Shown here piece by piece: positions 1-8,358 of a stretch of 64,000 bases of DNA. Positions within the stretch are counted from its first letter, which is position 1, and each line of letters starts with the position of its first letter. The translations under genes and the position numbers were made by a program. The DNA is taken from NCBI GenBank assembly GCA_024275135.1, contig JAJRZS010000018.1, positions 89,826 through 153,825 of the forward strand, read 5' to 3'. Under the pieces are notes generated by a model. The model searched no databases. It was given only the letters and a program-made list of their open reading frames with translations, and was not told the origin of the DNA. This DNA is from Planctomycetota bacterium. Lineage in GTDB: Bacteria; Planctomycetota; UBA1135.

Positions 1-1495
1 CCTCACGCACATAGCGCGTCGGCTCTTCCTGTAAAATCCGCCTCCTTTTTCCTGCGGCTTGTGGGTCGAGCGTGGGCTGCAACAACCAGCCGCCATTGGC
101 AATGCTGGCCAAGGCCATGGCGTGGTCCAAGGGCGACACTTGAATCCCTTGACCATAGCCCATGTTGGGAATGGGGTAGGCCATGCCGTCAGGACTGCGC
201 TCGCGCAAAAATTCCTCGCCGGACGGTGCCTGATACCCAAGCCAAGTCAAAGCCAAGCCAGGAAGTTGAAACTTTTCCGCATGGTAGCCAAAGGCATCCA
301 GCATCGAAGCCATCCCCTCGCGGCCAATCGCGCGCGCAATTTGCGCAAAAACCACATTGGAGGAGTAGACAATGCCCTCGAAAGCTCGCATCGGTTCGTC
401 TGGAACCCCATCCGCGTTGTGAATCACATGTTTTTGCAAACGATGCGGCGGCAAGTAGCGTCCGTGGAAATTTTCAAAGCGCTGTTGGTAATCAATTGCC
501 CCACGATTTAAGGCATAAGCAGCCACCAAAGGCTTAAAGGTGCTGCCAGGGGCCATGAAATCCAGACCCGGGAACTTCCAACCTCGCAATTCCTCCGCCC
601 CGGTATAAGGGTTTTTGCCCACCTCCATGGACGCCAACGGGTTTTGCGGATCATAATCAGGCAAACCTTCCAAGCTCAGGATTTGCCCATTGTTGACATC
701 CACAACGATGGCAAAACAGGATTCCGCCGGGTGCTGCTCGAGCAAATCCACTAGTTGGGCCCGCGCAAAAGCGGAAAGCTCAGCATCCAAGGTGGTGCGC
801 ACCGACAGCCCAGGTTTCGGCGGTTCCATATCCAAAGCTGGGTTCACCCCATGCTTGCGACTGACCCCAATGGCGCGGCGAAAGCCATTGACTCCCTGCA
901 ACAGCGGCTCCAACCCCAATTCCAACCCCATACCTGCACGGCCGCCCTCATCTTCCCCGCGCGGATAACCAAGCAAGTGGCTGAGGACGGGACCGTTGGG
1001 GCAGACTCGACGAAACTCCTGGCGTAAAGAAAGCCCAGAACCTGGGATTTGCCGCAACAATTGGGCGATGGTCTCGCGCTGTGCCGGCGCCAGCCCGCGA
1101 CGCAACACCTGAGCCGCACTGGGGTTGGTGAGTACGGATTGCCAAAGCTTGGCGAAAGGCACCCCCACGCCTTCGGCTAAGGTTTCGATTTTCGCCCGCA
1201 ACTCCGCAGGCTGCAAACGACCGCTTTCGGCGGCTTGCACCAAACCACGGTCTTTGGGTAACAGCGGCAACACCAAGTCCCAGCTTTGCACATCCTCGGC
1301 CAGCACGCGGCCGTAGCGATCCAAAATGGCGCCACGAGGAGCCGGTAACACGGTGGTCCGGCGGACGAAGGAGCTGGCATCTTCTTGCGTCAGATGCCCT
1401 TGCAAGGAGAGTAAGCGCAGAAGCGAGGCAAAATACAAAACCCCAATGGGCGCTAAGGCCCAGAAGGGGCGAAATGCCTGGGGGGGACGACTCAC
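1..1495 (-). CDS. ftsI: Penicillin-binding protein, FtsI/PBP2-type transpeptidase (first ~498 codons; continues past left edge)
   Basis: Absent from ORF track because there is no stop in the window. Hand translation of the minus strand from GTG 1495 stays open to position 1. It shows TM segment FWALAPIGVLYFASLL, SxxK motif APGSTFKPL and SxN motif YSSN. GTGA start/stop overlap with the ftsL-like ORF; canonical dcw position. Confidence 0.85.
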   Translation of the reverse strand, partial: MSRPPQAFRPFWALAPIGVLYFASLLRLLSLQGHLTQEDASSFVRRTTVLPAPRGAILDRYGRVLAEDVQSWDLVLPLLPKDRGLVQAAESGRLQPAELRAKIETLAEGVGVPFAKLWQSVLTNPSAAQVLRRGLAPAQRETIAQLLRQIPGSGLSLRQEFRRVCPNGPVLSHLLGYPRGEDEGGRAGMGLELGLEPLLQGVNGFRRAIGVSRKHGVNPALDMEPPKPGLSVRTTLDAELSAFARAQLVDLLEQHPAESCFAIVVDVNNGQILSLEGLPDYDPQNPLASMEVGKNPYTGAEELRGWKFPGLDFMAPGSTFKPLVAAYALNRGAIDYQQRFENFHGRYLPPHRLQKHVIHNADGVPDEPMRAFEGIVYSSNVVFAQIARAIGREGMASMLDAFGYHAEKFQLPGLALTWLGYQAPSGEEFLRERSPDGMAYPIPNMGYGQGIQVSPLDHAMALASIANGGWLLQPTLDPQAAGKRRRILQEEPTRYVRE

Positions 1496-1740
1496 AGCTG
1501 AGGCAGATTAGCGATTTCGGCTTGGCTTTTCCTTCTTTCTATTTCGTGTTGTAAGTTGGCGGGGGAAGTGACCTCATGATAAAGACCATTGAGGTAGTCG
1601 ATGCGTTGCTGGCACCGCTGCTCGCAGCGCCAATAAACCTCAATCCGTCCCCTGGCCGCCAAAGTCTCGTTATGCAGACCCAGCCCCCCCAACAGTTCCA
1701 GTACCAAAGCCACCAGCAAAACGGCAATCCGCTCGCTCAC
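1492..1740 (-). CDS. ftsL: FtsL-like small bitopic division protein
   Basis: 82 aa with N-terminal TM helix (IAVLLVALVLELLGGLGL) followed by a short helical ectodomain. Lies between rsmH and ftsI with GTGA overlaps on both sides. Sequence itself is weakly diagnostic. Confidence 0.55.
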   Translation of the reverse strand: MSERIAVLLVALVLELLGGLGLHNETLAARGRIEVYWRCEQRCQQRIDYLNGLYHEVTSPANLQHEIERRKSQAEIANLPQL

Positions 1741-2690
1741 GCTTGGGCACCTCCTTCTTCCTGCACGCGCAAAATGGCCCGCAATCGCGCACTGCGCGCA
1801 CGCGGATTCGAGCGCAATTCACTTGCCGTCGCCACCAGCCCACGGGGAAAGAGGTTTTTGAATTCCCCACCGCGAACCTCATTGCGCAAAGCCACCTTGT
1901 TGGCTCGATCTTCCAGCGAATGAAAACTAATCACCGCCAGGCGCCCGCCAACGGCAAGCAAGGACGGAGCGACTTGCAAAAAGGCATCGATTTCGTCCAG
2001 CTCCCGGTTGACAGCAATGCGGATGGCCTGAAAGGTGCGGGTGGCTACATGGTGGCCGGACCGCCCGGATGGAATGGTGCGCGCTACTAAATCGGCAAGT
2101 TGGGAGGTGCGCAACAAAGGCCCAAACCGACGTTGCTTGACGATGGCGTTGGCAATGCGGCGAGCAAAGCGTTCTTCACCATAGACCCGCAACCAATATT
2201 CGATTTCGTCTTCACTGGCATCGGCCAACAACCGCGCCGCCGACGTCTTTTGCATGCTGCGGTCCATGCGCATATCCAACGGCCCATCCTGCTGGAAGCT
2301 AAAGCCGCGCTCGCGGTCGTCGATTTGGTCCGAGGACACACCGAAATCGGCGAGAATGCCGTCCACCTTTCCCTTTTGGACCGCTTCCACCAAACTGACG
2401 ACCGCAGAGAACGGTGCGTGGGCATAAGAAACCCGCGAGCCGAATTCAGCCAAGCGCACTTTGGCACGCTCTAGGGCCTGGGCATCGCGATCGATTGCGA
2501 GCAAACGGTTCTGCGGATGGGCGGCAAGGATTGCGTGGGCATGGCCGCCGCCGCCCACCGTGGCATCGACAAAAAATCCACCGCGCTGTGGCGCGAGAGC
2601 CTCCAACACCGCATCCATCAGCACGGGTTGATGACGGGACGGTTTCATCGGGTAAACGGGTTGTTCCAGGTGACGACAAACAAGGATCAC
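1737..2690 (-). CDS. rsmH: 16S rRNA (cytosine1402-N4)-methyltransferase RsmH/MraW
   Basis: Motifs HQPVLMDAVLEAL, DATVGGGGHA, DFGVSSDQID, SFHSLEDR. GTG 2690 overlaps the mraZ stop (GTGA); ATG 2648 is an alternative start. Confidence 0.95.
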   Translation of the reverse strand: MILVCRHLEQPVYPMKPSRHQPVLMDAVLEALAPQRGGFFVDATVGGGGHAHAILAAHPQNRLLAIDRDAQALERAKVRLAEFGSRVSYAHAPFSAVVSLVEAVQKGKVDGILADFGVSSDQIDDRERGFSFQQDGPLDMRMDRSMQKTSAARLLADASEDEIEYWLRVYGEERFARRIANAIVKQRRFGPLLRTSQLADLVARTIPSGRSGHHVATRTFQAIRIAVNRELDEIDAFLQVAPSLLAVGGRLAVISFHSLEDRANKVALRNEVRGGEFKNLFPRGLVATASELRSNPRARSARLRAILRVQEEGGAQA

Positions 2691-3220
2691 AGCTCCCCCT
2701 CCTCAGGTACGTAGTCCGGATTGCGAAGCTCGGCAGCTTCCGCTCCGTAATAGGTGTCGGCATCGGGGAAAGCCGTTTCTTGATAGATCTTGGCGTCCCA
2801 AATCTCGATGTAGCTTCCACAGCCGACGAGGATGGCTTCTTTGCCCAAGCAGATGCGGGCGCGCAAATCCTCAGGCAACAAAATGCGGTTTTGGGCGTCG
2901 ATTTTGATTTTGCGTGTATTGGCTCCCAAATAACGCCGCAATAAACGCGCTCCGCGTGCGGTGCGCTCCTTCGACAAGGCACTTTTGCGGAAGGCCTCGT
3001 ACCCCGACTCGGTGTGCAAATCCAAGCAACCTTCCGCCTTGTTCACCATCACCCGAAAATGGCCTTGGTCCGCCGGCTCGAGGATTTCTTCGAGAATGCG
3101 ACTCGGCACAAAGAGACGACCTTTGGAGTCGATTTTGTGCGGGTATTCGCCGTCGAAGTTGGGCATGGGAATTCGGGGTTGGGGAGGTGAACGGGAGATG
3201 GACTTGACCCCCACTTTCAT
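2687..3220 (-). CDS. mraZ: Transcriptional regulator MraZ
   Basis: Two MraZ half-domains (DSKGRLFVPSRI and DAQNRILLPEDLR). ATG 3220 is preceded by GGAGGA 8 nt upstream. The ORF is open to 3256, and ATG 3166 is also possible. Confidence 0.9.
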   Translation of the reverse strand: MKVGVKSISRSPPQPRIPMPNFDGEYPHKIDSKGRLFVPSRILEEILEPADQGHFRVMVNKAEGCLDLHTESGYEAFRKSALSKERTARGARLLRRYLGANTRKIKIDAQNRILLPEDLRARICLGKEAILVGCGSYIEIWDAKIYQETAFPDADTYYGAEAAELRNPDYVPEEGEL

Positions 3221-3270
3221 GTTCTTTTCCTCCGCTGTACTATCTTCCTCCTCCACCAGGATTTGGCAAG

Positions 3271-3294
3271 AAAAAACCCGAGGAAATCCTCGGG
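3271..3294 (-). terminator. Rho-independent terminator between zinc-ribbon ORF and mraZ
   Basis: Minus-strand RNA forms CCCGAGG-AUUU-CCUCGGG followed by UUUUUU, 47 nt after the stop at 3342. Confidence 0.6.
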
Positions 3295-3341
3295 TTGTTG
3301 AAATTTTCCAGAAAACCTGGCCTAAGCGGCTAAAAAAATGC

Positions 3342-3884
3342 CTAATTCGGCTCCGAGGCTTCCGCCTCGGGAAGCTTCAGGAGCTTATCCCAGTCTCCGT
3401 CTTGGGTGGGATCCAGCAATTGGGCCAAAACCCCCGTCAGTGCCTTGCGTCGCTGGCTCTCCAACTCACGACTTTCCACCACGAAACGGTTCTGAGAGCG
3501 AATTTTGCGCAACACCAGATACTCCTGACCACCGCGCATTTCTACCCGCTCCAGGCGCAGCTTGCGGTGGCGCACCAACAATAGAGCAAGCAAATAGCAA
3601 AGATCACGCCGCTCCTCACGCTGATCCTGGCTCAGGCTCTCCATCGCCGCCAACAACACATCGAAATCCACTCGCATGGCGCCCTTCTTTTCGCGGTGAA
3701 CCGTACGCCAATAGACCACATCGTTGCTGGCGTCGCGTTGGTCAAAACAGGCGCGGCAAGCATCGACGCGCTGCAACTGTTCTGCGTGAAAACGCAGCAA
3801 AGAATACACCTCCTCGCCTTCTTGGAAGCTACGGCTGCAATCACTGCAGGCTGCGTCACGTTTGGGGTAGGTCCAGGGGGTCAT
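3342..3884 (-). CDS. Hypothetical protein with paired CxxC (zinc-ribbon-like) N-terminus
   Basis: 180-aa ORF with CSDC...CRAC pairs in the first 50 aa. ATGA overlap with the upstream lipoprotein ORF. No family recognised. Confidence 0.6.
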   Translation of the reverse strand: MTPWTYPKRDAACSDCSRSFQEGEEVYSLLRFHAEQLQRVDACRACFDQRDASNDVVYWRTVHREKKGAMRVDFDVLLAAMESLSQDQREERRDLCYLLALLLVRHRKLRLERVEMRGGQEYLVLRKIRSQNRFVVESRELESQRRKALTGVLAQLLDPTQDGDWDKLLKLPEAEASEPN

Positions 3885-4357
3885 GATTCATCCAGGTGCA
3901 ACTGCACCAGTAAATGTTGCAAAAGGATACGCGCCCGCGGCATGTCGTCGGCCATCGCCTCCCATTGTGCCGCCCCAGAATCCAGGGTGTCGTCCTGGGT
4001 AAGGTTGCGCTGTTGAAGGACACGGGCTTTGACCAGCATGCTGCCATCTTCTTGCGATTCCACATGCAACAAGCCTTGCCAACGACGCCCCTTGTTGCGG
4101 AAGGGTTGCAACAAAATATCCCAACCGGAAGTTACCGTGCTGCGGCCATCGTCTCGGTCGCCGGGAGGAAAACCAGCCTGCACCAGCGCCCATTCGCAAG
4201 CATCCAGCACATCGCGCCGTGGTGGTGGGTTTTCAAGCACCCGCTCTGCCCATTGCCCCGTTTCGTCGGCTAGGGGCGCGTCCGCGCAGGATGGCAGAAC
4301 CAGCAACAAAGCCAACAACAAAAGAAGCGGCAAAGGACGGACGACACACAAAAGCAT
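3881..4357 (-). CDS. Hypothetical lipoprotein
   Basis: Signal peptide LPLLLLLALLLVLPSC with Cys; 158 aa; coupled to the downstream ORF. Confidence 0.55.
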   Translation of the reverse strand: MLLCVVRPLPLLLLLALLLVLPSCADAPLADETGQWAERVLENPPPRRDVLDACEWALVQAGFPPGDRDDGRSTVTSGWDILLQPFRNKGRRWQGLLHVESQEDGSMLVKARVLQQRNLTQDDTLDSGAAQWEAMADDMPRARILLQHLLVQLHLDES

Positions 4358-4399
4358 AGGCAGATTCTATCAGCCGCCGCAGTGAGGCACGAAACCCGC

Positions 4400-5740
4400 C
4401 TAAGCCTTCTTGGAGGGACTACGGTCGCGTTCCCGTAAAACCAAACGCAAGGGAGATTTCTGCAAGCCCAGGCGTCGGCGTAAATCATTGCCTATGGCGC
4501 GAATCGCCTCTTTTTCGAATAGGCGCTTGCGATTGACGAACAACAAGAAGGAGGGTGGATGCACCCCCAGTTGGGTGGCATAGAACACACGCGGTTTTTC
4601 CCCGCGACCGCGGAATCGCAAGTTGTCAAAACACTGCTTCACCAAACGATTGAGTTCCCCAGTGCCGACTCGCAGGCCACCTTCTTCATGCACGCTCAAC
4701 GCTTCTTTCAGCACCCGATCCAAGCCTTTCCGCGTTTTGTTGGAAATCATCACCACAGGTGCACCCTTAAGGTGCGGCAATTTGTGCTCCACCTGACTGC
4801 GAAAATCCTGAATGGACAACTCCGGAACCAAGTCCGCTTTGGTGCCGACCACCACCGTTGGCTTGAATCGATCCTTCATTGTACGTGCAAGCTCTTGGTC
4901 CATGCGGGCGATGGGCGCGGTCATATCCAAAAACAATAAAGCCAAATCGGAGCGGCGAATGGCTTGATCGGAGCGCGTCAGCGAGAAGTATTCAATCGCA
5001 CTATGAATTTTGCCTTTGCGGTGCACGCCGGCGGTGTCGACCAAAGTTAAAGGATGCCCCTGCCATTCCAAATTGATGTCCACAGCGTCGCGGGTAGTGC
5101 CAGCCAAATCACTGACAATCACACGCTCTTCCCCCAACAACGCATTGACAAAGGAAGATTTCCCAGTGTTGCGGCGTCCCAATACAGCCAAAGAAAGACG
5201 TTCTTGCAAACCATCCTCTTGCGCCGGCGGCAATAGGGTGGTGAGCCTTTCATACAAATCACCCAAGCCTTGCCCTTCTTGAGCAGAAATTCTCTGCGCT
5301 TCGCCAAAGCCCAAGGTGGTAAATTCTGCAGCTGCGATTTGCGCAGAATGGGTTTCGCATTTGTTCGCGACCAGCACCACCTCCACATTGCTGCGTCGCA
5401 AATAGCGTGCAACTTGCTCATCTAACAAAGTGAGTCCTTCGCGCGCGTCGACCATGAACAGCACCAGCGAAGCGGCGGTGATTCCAGTCAACACCTGATA
5501 CTCCACAGACGACGCCAGATCTTCGCGGTCGACAATGCCGATGCCACCAGTGTCCATCAAATCAAAGGCCAGCTCGTACTGCGGCAAATGCACCGGCAAC
5601 ACCAAGCGATCACGCGTGACGCCAGCAGTTGGCTCCACAATGGCGCGCCGATCCCCATACATGCGATTGAATAAGGAAGACTTGCCCACATTGGGGCGGC
5701 CAACAATGGCCAGCAAAGGTCGCTTTTGTGAATTTGCCAT
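4400..5740 (-). CDS. der: Ribosome-associated GTPase Der/EngA
   Basis: Tandem G domains (GRPNVGKSSLFN...DTGG and GRRNTGKSSFVN...DTAG) plus a KH-like C-terminus. Start trimmed to ATG 5740 (MANSQKRPLLAIVG), which overlaps the queE stop by 1 nt (TAATG). Confidence 0.95.
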   Translation of the reverse strand: MANSQKRPLLAIVGRPNVGKSSLFNRMYGDRRAIVEPTAGVTRDRLVLPVHLPQYELAFDLMDTGGIGIVDREDLASSVEYQVLTGITAASLVLFMVDAREGLTLLDEQVARYLRRSNVEVVLVANKCETHSAQIAAAEFTTLGFGEAQRISAQEGQGLGDLYERLTTLLPPAQEDGLQERLSLAVLGRRNTGKSSFVNALLGEERVIVSDLAGTTRDAVDINLEWQGHPLTLVDTAGVHRKGKIHSAIEYFSLTRSDQAIRRSDLALLFLDMTAPIARMDQELARTMKDRFKPTVVVGTKADLVPELSIQDFRSQVEHKLPHLKGAPVVMISNKTRKGLDRVLKEALSVHEEGGLRVGTGELNRLVKQCFDNLRFRGRGEKPRVFYATQLGVHPPSFLLFVNRKRLFEKEAIRAIGNDLRRRLGLQKSPLRLVLRERDRSPSKKA

Positions 5741-6495
5741 TAGCGAATGCCAAGCATGGGGTGGATTTGGGGAAGCACGCGCAAAGCACGATGATGGCGT
5801 TGAGCAACCAGACTGAGCTGCAACAAGGCCTCTGCAGAGGGTGGATTGGGCCCCACGCCGAAGGGGGTGACGGGTTGCAAGAAAACGGCGGCTTGCGGGC
5901 AATGTTGGTGCAACCAACGGACTGCTTGCTCGACCTCGGTGGTCGAGGTCTCCCCGTGGACGAGCAACTTCACCTGCAAGCGACACTCCGCTTCCTTCGC
6001 CGCCAACAAACAAGCTTGGGTTGCCAGTAGGGAAGCCCCTGCGCGCAAATCCTCGGCAAACTTCCAATCCATGGAACACAAATGGAGATGCGGTAGCAAG
6101 GCTTGCAGGACATCGACCTCAATGCCGGCGGTTTCCAGCAAAACCTGCCCCCCCCAAGTAGGCAACCAGGCGGCGAGGAAAGCGCTCTGCTGCACAGGCT
6201 CCCCGCCAGTGACCGCCAACATGACGTCGCCAGCTCGCAACTGGTAACTAGCTAAAACTTCGGTCAAAACCTGGTGGAGTTGACGAGCTGATAAAGGGTT
6301 GTCGAGCTGCCAGTGGCGACCGTTGGCATGCACCTCCAATTGAGGCCGAGTATGCCAAGAACGCGGAGTATCGCAATAGCTACAGCGCAAAGGACAGCCA
6401 CCCAGGCGCAAGAACAAATGCGGGCGCCCGACTTCGAGTCCTTCCCCCTGCAAGCTGAGAAAGACCTCGTCGATAAAGAGTTGGTCAGAACCCAT
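5740..6495 (-). CDS. queE: 7-carboxy-7-deazaguanine synthase (radical SAM) QueE
   Basis: EVFLSLQGEGLEVGRP and the CPLRCSYCDT radical-SAM cluster motif; ~250 aa. Confidence 0.85.
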   Translation of the reverse strand: MGSDQLFIDEVFLSLQGEGLEVGRPHLFLRLGGCPLRCSYCDTPRSWHTRPQLEVHANGRHWQLDNPLSARQLHQVLTEVLASYQLRAGDVMLAVTGGEPVQQSAFLAAWLPTWGGQVLLETAGIEVDVLQALLPHLHLCSMDWKFAEDLRAGASLLATQACLLAAKEAECRLQVKLLVHGETSTTEVEQAVRWLHQHCPQAAVFLQPVTPFGVGPNPPSAEALLQLSLVAQRHHRALRVLPQIHPMLGIR

Positions 6496-6545
6496 GACGG
6501 GAATGCGAACCCGGAACCCAGACGGTGCTGGGTATGGAAAGCGAA

Positions 6546-6860
6546 CTAGGCGCCTTCTCCGTCGTCGCCAGCTTCTGGCGCCGCTTCGAACACCTCACCC
6601 GCAGCTTCGGCGGCGCGTTGCGCAGCCTGAGCAGCTTCCATTTCCGCAATGGCGGCTTCACGCTCGGCAGCCGCAATCGCTTTCAACTGACGCTTCGTCA
6701 ACACGCGCATGCGGGTTTTTACTTTCGGCAGGCCCAAGGGGATAGCACCCTCCTCGAAGGCATCCGACTCCATCAGTTTCTCCACCCGCTCGCGCCGGGT
6801 GAAGACAGAGCGTTCGGTGATGATTCCGCTACCGAGGTTCAGAGACTTGTGGATGGACAT
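6546..6860 (-). CDS. Small basic protein-like ORF
   Basis: N-terminus MSIHKSLNLGSG..RSVFTRRERVEKL..GLPKVK resembles, from memory, the 'small basic protein' family of PVC-group bacteria. Ala/Glu-rich tail. Confidence 0.5.
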   Translation of the reverse strand: MSIHKSLNLGSGIITERSVFTRRERVEKLMESDAFEEGAIPLGLPKVKTRMRVLTKRQLKAIAAAEREAAIAEMEAAQAAQRAAEAAGEVFEAAPEAGDDGEGA

Positions 6861-6872
6861 GATGCAGACGCG

Positions 6873-7373
6873 TTATGGACTTTGGGGCCAGGCGTGGATG
6901 CTAGCCCCCGCAAAGGGTGTGGGCTGGCCGTCGAGAGACAGGGCCTGGATTTCTTGGAGCAAGGGCTCCAATTCGGAAGAGCTGGCGGCAGGCCCAACGA
7001 AGAGTTGCAGTTGCGGGCTCCCAGAAGGGTCTTCAACCTGCGCGAGCGCCACATCATAACCGCGTTTTTGCAAGGCGGTAGCCTCTTTCCGTGCTTGTTC
7101 CAGCCGCGAAGGTAGGTAAGTGCGAACCAAAATCCCGGACTTGGCTACAGCGGGATCCGGGGCGGAGGGCTCAGAACTGCCGCCAAAAAAGGCGCAGCCG
7201 CCCCAAGACAACAGAATCAGCAGGCAAAGCCCACCCAATATCGGCCATAGCTGTGGGGGCAAAGCCGGCAGCGAGCGTGCCGGAGAGACAGGCTTGGCCT
7301 GTGCGGAGGGAGGTTCTGCGCTGCGTTGATCTTGTTCGCGCAAAACATCCAAGAGATGCCGTTTTTTCGCCAT
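6873..7373 (-). CDS. Membrane-anchored protein with SPOR-like C-terminal domain
   Basis: Only the last 166 codons of the 353-aa ORF are credible (MAKKRHLL...). TM segment LWPILGGLCLLILLSWGG. C-terminal ILVRTY...ALQKRGYDV...LQLFVGP pattern resembles SPOR. Confidence 0.45.
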   Translation of the reverse strand: MAKKRHLLDVLREQDQRSAEPPSAQAKPVSPARSLPALPPQLWPILGGLCLLILLSWGGCAFFGGSSEPSAPDPAVAKSGILVRTYLPSRLEQARKEATALQKRGYDVALAQVEDPSGSPQLQLFVGPAASSSELEPLLQEIQALSLDGQPTPFAGASIHAWPQSP

Positions 7374-7374
7374 A

Positions 7375-8151
7375 ATGGGAGCCGAAGCGCTAAAGCCTAA
7401 CCGCATCGCGGAGGCTGAGCAATCCCCTCCAGCTGACCGCCCATTCTTCATGTCGTCATCCAAACCCTTAGCCCCCCACGCCCGGCTCGCCGCCGCCTGC
7501 TTATTGGAAGGATTGGTCGAAAGTGGGCTGGAAGCGGTAGCTTTTGCCGCCCAACCGGCCCCCACCCCAGCCCAAGCCCCCCTCCCCGCCGCCGACTTGG
7601 AAACTCGCATCGCGGCCTGCCGTGCCTGCGCTCTTGGCTCCAGTCGACAGTACCCGGTGCCGGGTGAAGGTAGTGGGCGCGCCCAACTGTTTTTCGTTGG
7701 CGAAGCCCCTGGAGCGGAAGAAGACCGCCAGGGACGCCCCTTTGTTGGTCCTGCGGGGCAGCTTTTGGACAAAATCATCGAAGGCGGCATGGGGTTGGCG
7801 CGCCAGGATGTGTTTATCGCCAACATTCTCAAATGCCGCCCTCCCGCCAATCGCGACCCTCTTCCCACCGAAGTCGCAGCCTGCACCCCCTTCCTGGAGG
7901 AGCAAATCGCCGCCCTCCAACCCAAACTCCTCATTGCCCTCGGTCGCCATGCTGCCCATCATCTGCTGCAGACCGAGGCCAGCCTCAGCAGCCTGCGTGG
8001 AGTCCTCCATAACCGCCCTCAGGGAGGCCCTAAGGTCCTTGTCACCTACCACCCTGCTTATTTGCTGCGAAATCCAGCGGCAAAGAGGGCTTGTTGGGAG
8101 GACATCCAGCTTGGAATGCAGTTTCTGGGCCTGCCCACCCCGCAGCGCTAA
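7375..8151 (+). CDS. Uracil-DNA glycosylase, family 4 (Fe-S type)
   Basis: CRACAL...GEGSGRAQLFFVGEAPGAEEDRQGRPFVGPAGQLLD signature. ATG 7450 is an alternative start. Confidence 0.85.
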   Translation: MGAEALKPNRIAEAEQSPPADRPFFMSSSKPLAPHARLAAACLLEGLVESGLEAVAFAAQPAPTPAQAPLPAADLETRIAACRACALGSSRQYPVPGEGSGRAQLFFVGEAPGAEEDRQGRPFVGPAGQLLDKIIEGGMGLARQDVFIANILKCRPPANRDPLPTEVAACTPFLEEQIAALQPKLLIALGRHAAHHLLQTEASLSSLRGVLHNRPQGGPKVLVTYHPAYLLRNPAAKRACWEDIQLGMQFLGLPTPQR

Positions 8152-8206
8152 GCTGGGGCGGAGGATTTGGAAACCGTCCTAATTTCCAGAACTAACAAGG
8201 TCTCCT

Positions 8207-8234
8207 TTGACGCGTAGCACCGCGCCGCCATAAT
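8207..8234 (+). promoter_or_regulatory. Candidate sigma70-type promoter for secretin 1
   Basis: TTGACG (8207-8212), 16-nt spacer, CATAAT (8229-8234), ~125 nt upstream of ATG 8359. Confidence 0.3.
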
Positions 8235-8358
8235 CTCTGGTCGGCCGCGACCTCGTCTACGCCGACCGGCTGGGCATTGGCCTAAGCCTCTACTTCCCCG
8301 CACCCTGCGAACGTCCCCCTCTGGGGTTGTCCCCGCTACCGCCTTCCCAATCAACTCG

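Noticed and set aside
4400-6079. 559-aa der ORF with a 113-aa N-terminal extension
   Set aside because: The extension lies entirely antisense-frame within queE coding sequence and is Arg/Gly/Pro-rich with no family signal. The canonical Der N-terminus begins at ATG 5740, which overlaps the queE stop.
6873-7934. 353-aa ORF overlapping the UDG gene on the opposite strand
   Set aside because: Its first ~187 codons are a GC-driven shadow of the well-supported UDG gene. Only the last 166 codons (from ATG 7373) have TM plus domain features.
8148-8354. 68-aa minus-strand ORF in the secretin 1 upstream region
   Set aside because: It is an Arg/Gly-rich low-complexity translation with no start context. 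The region is better explained as promoter plus leader of secretin 1.
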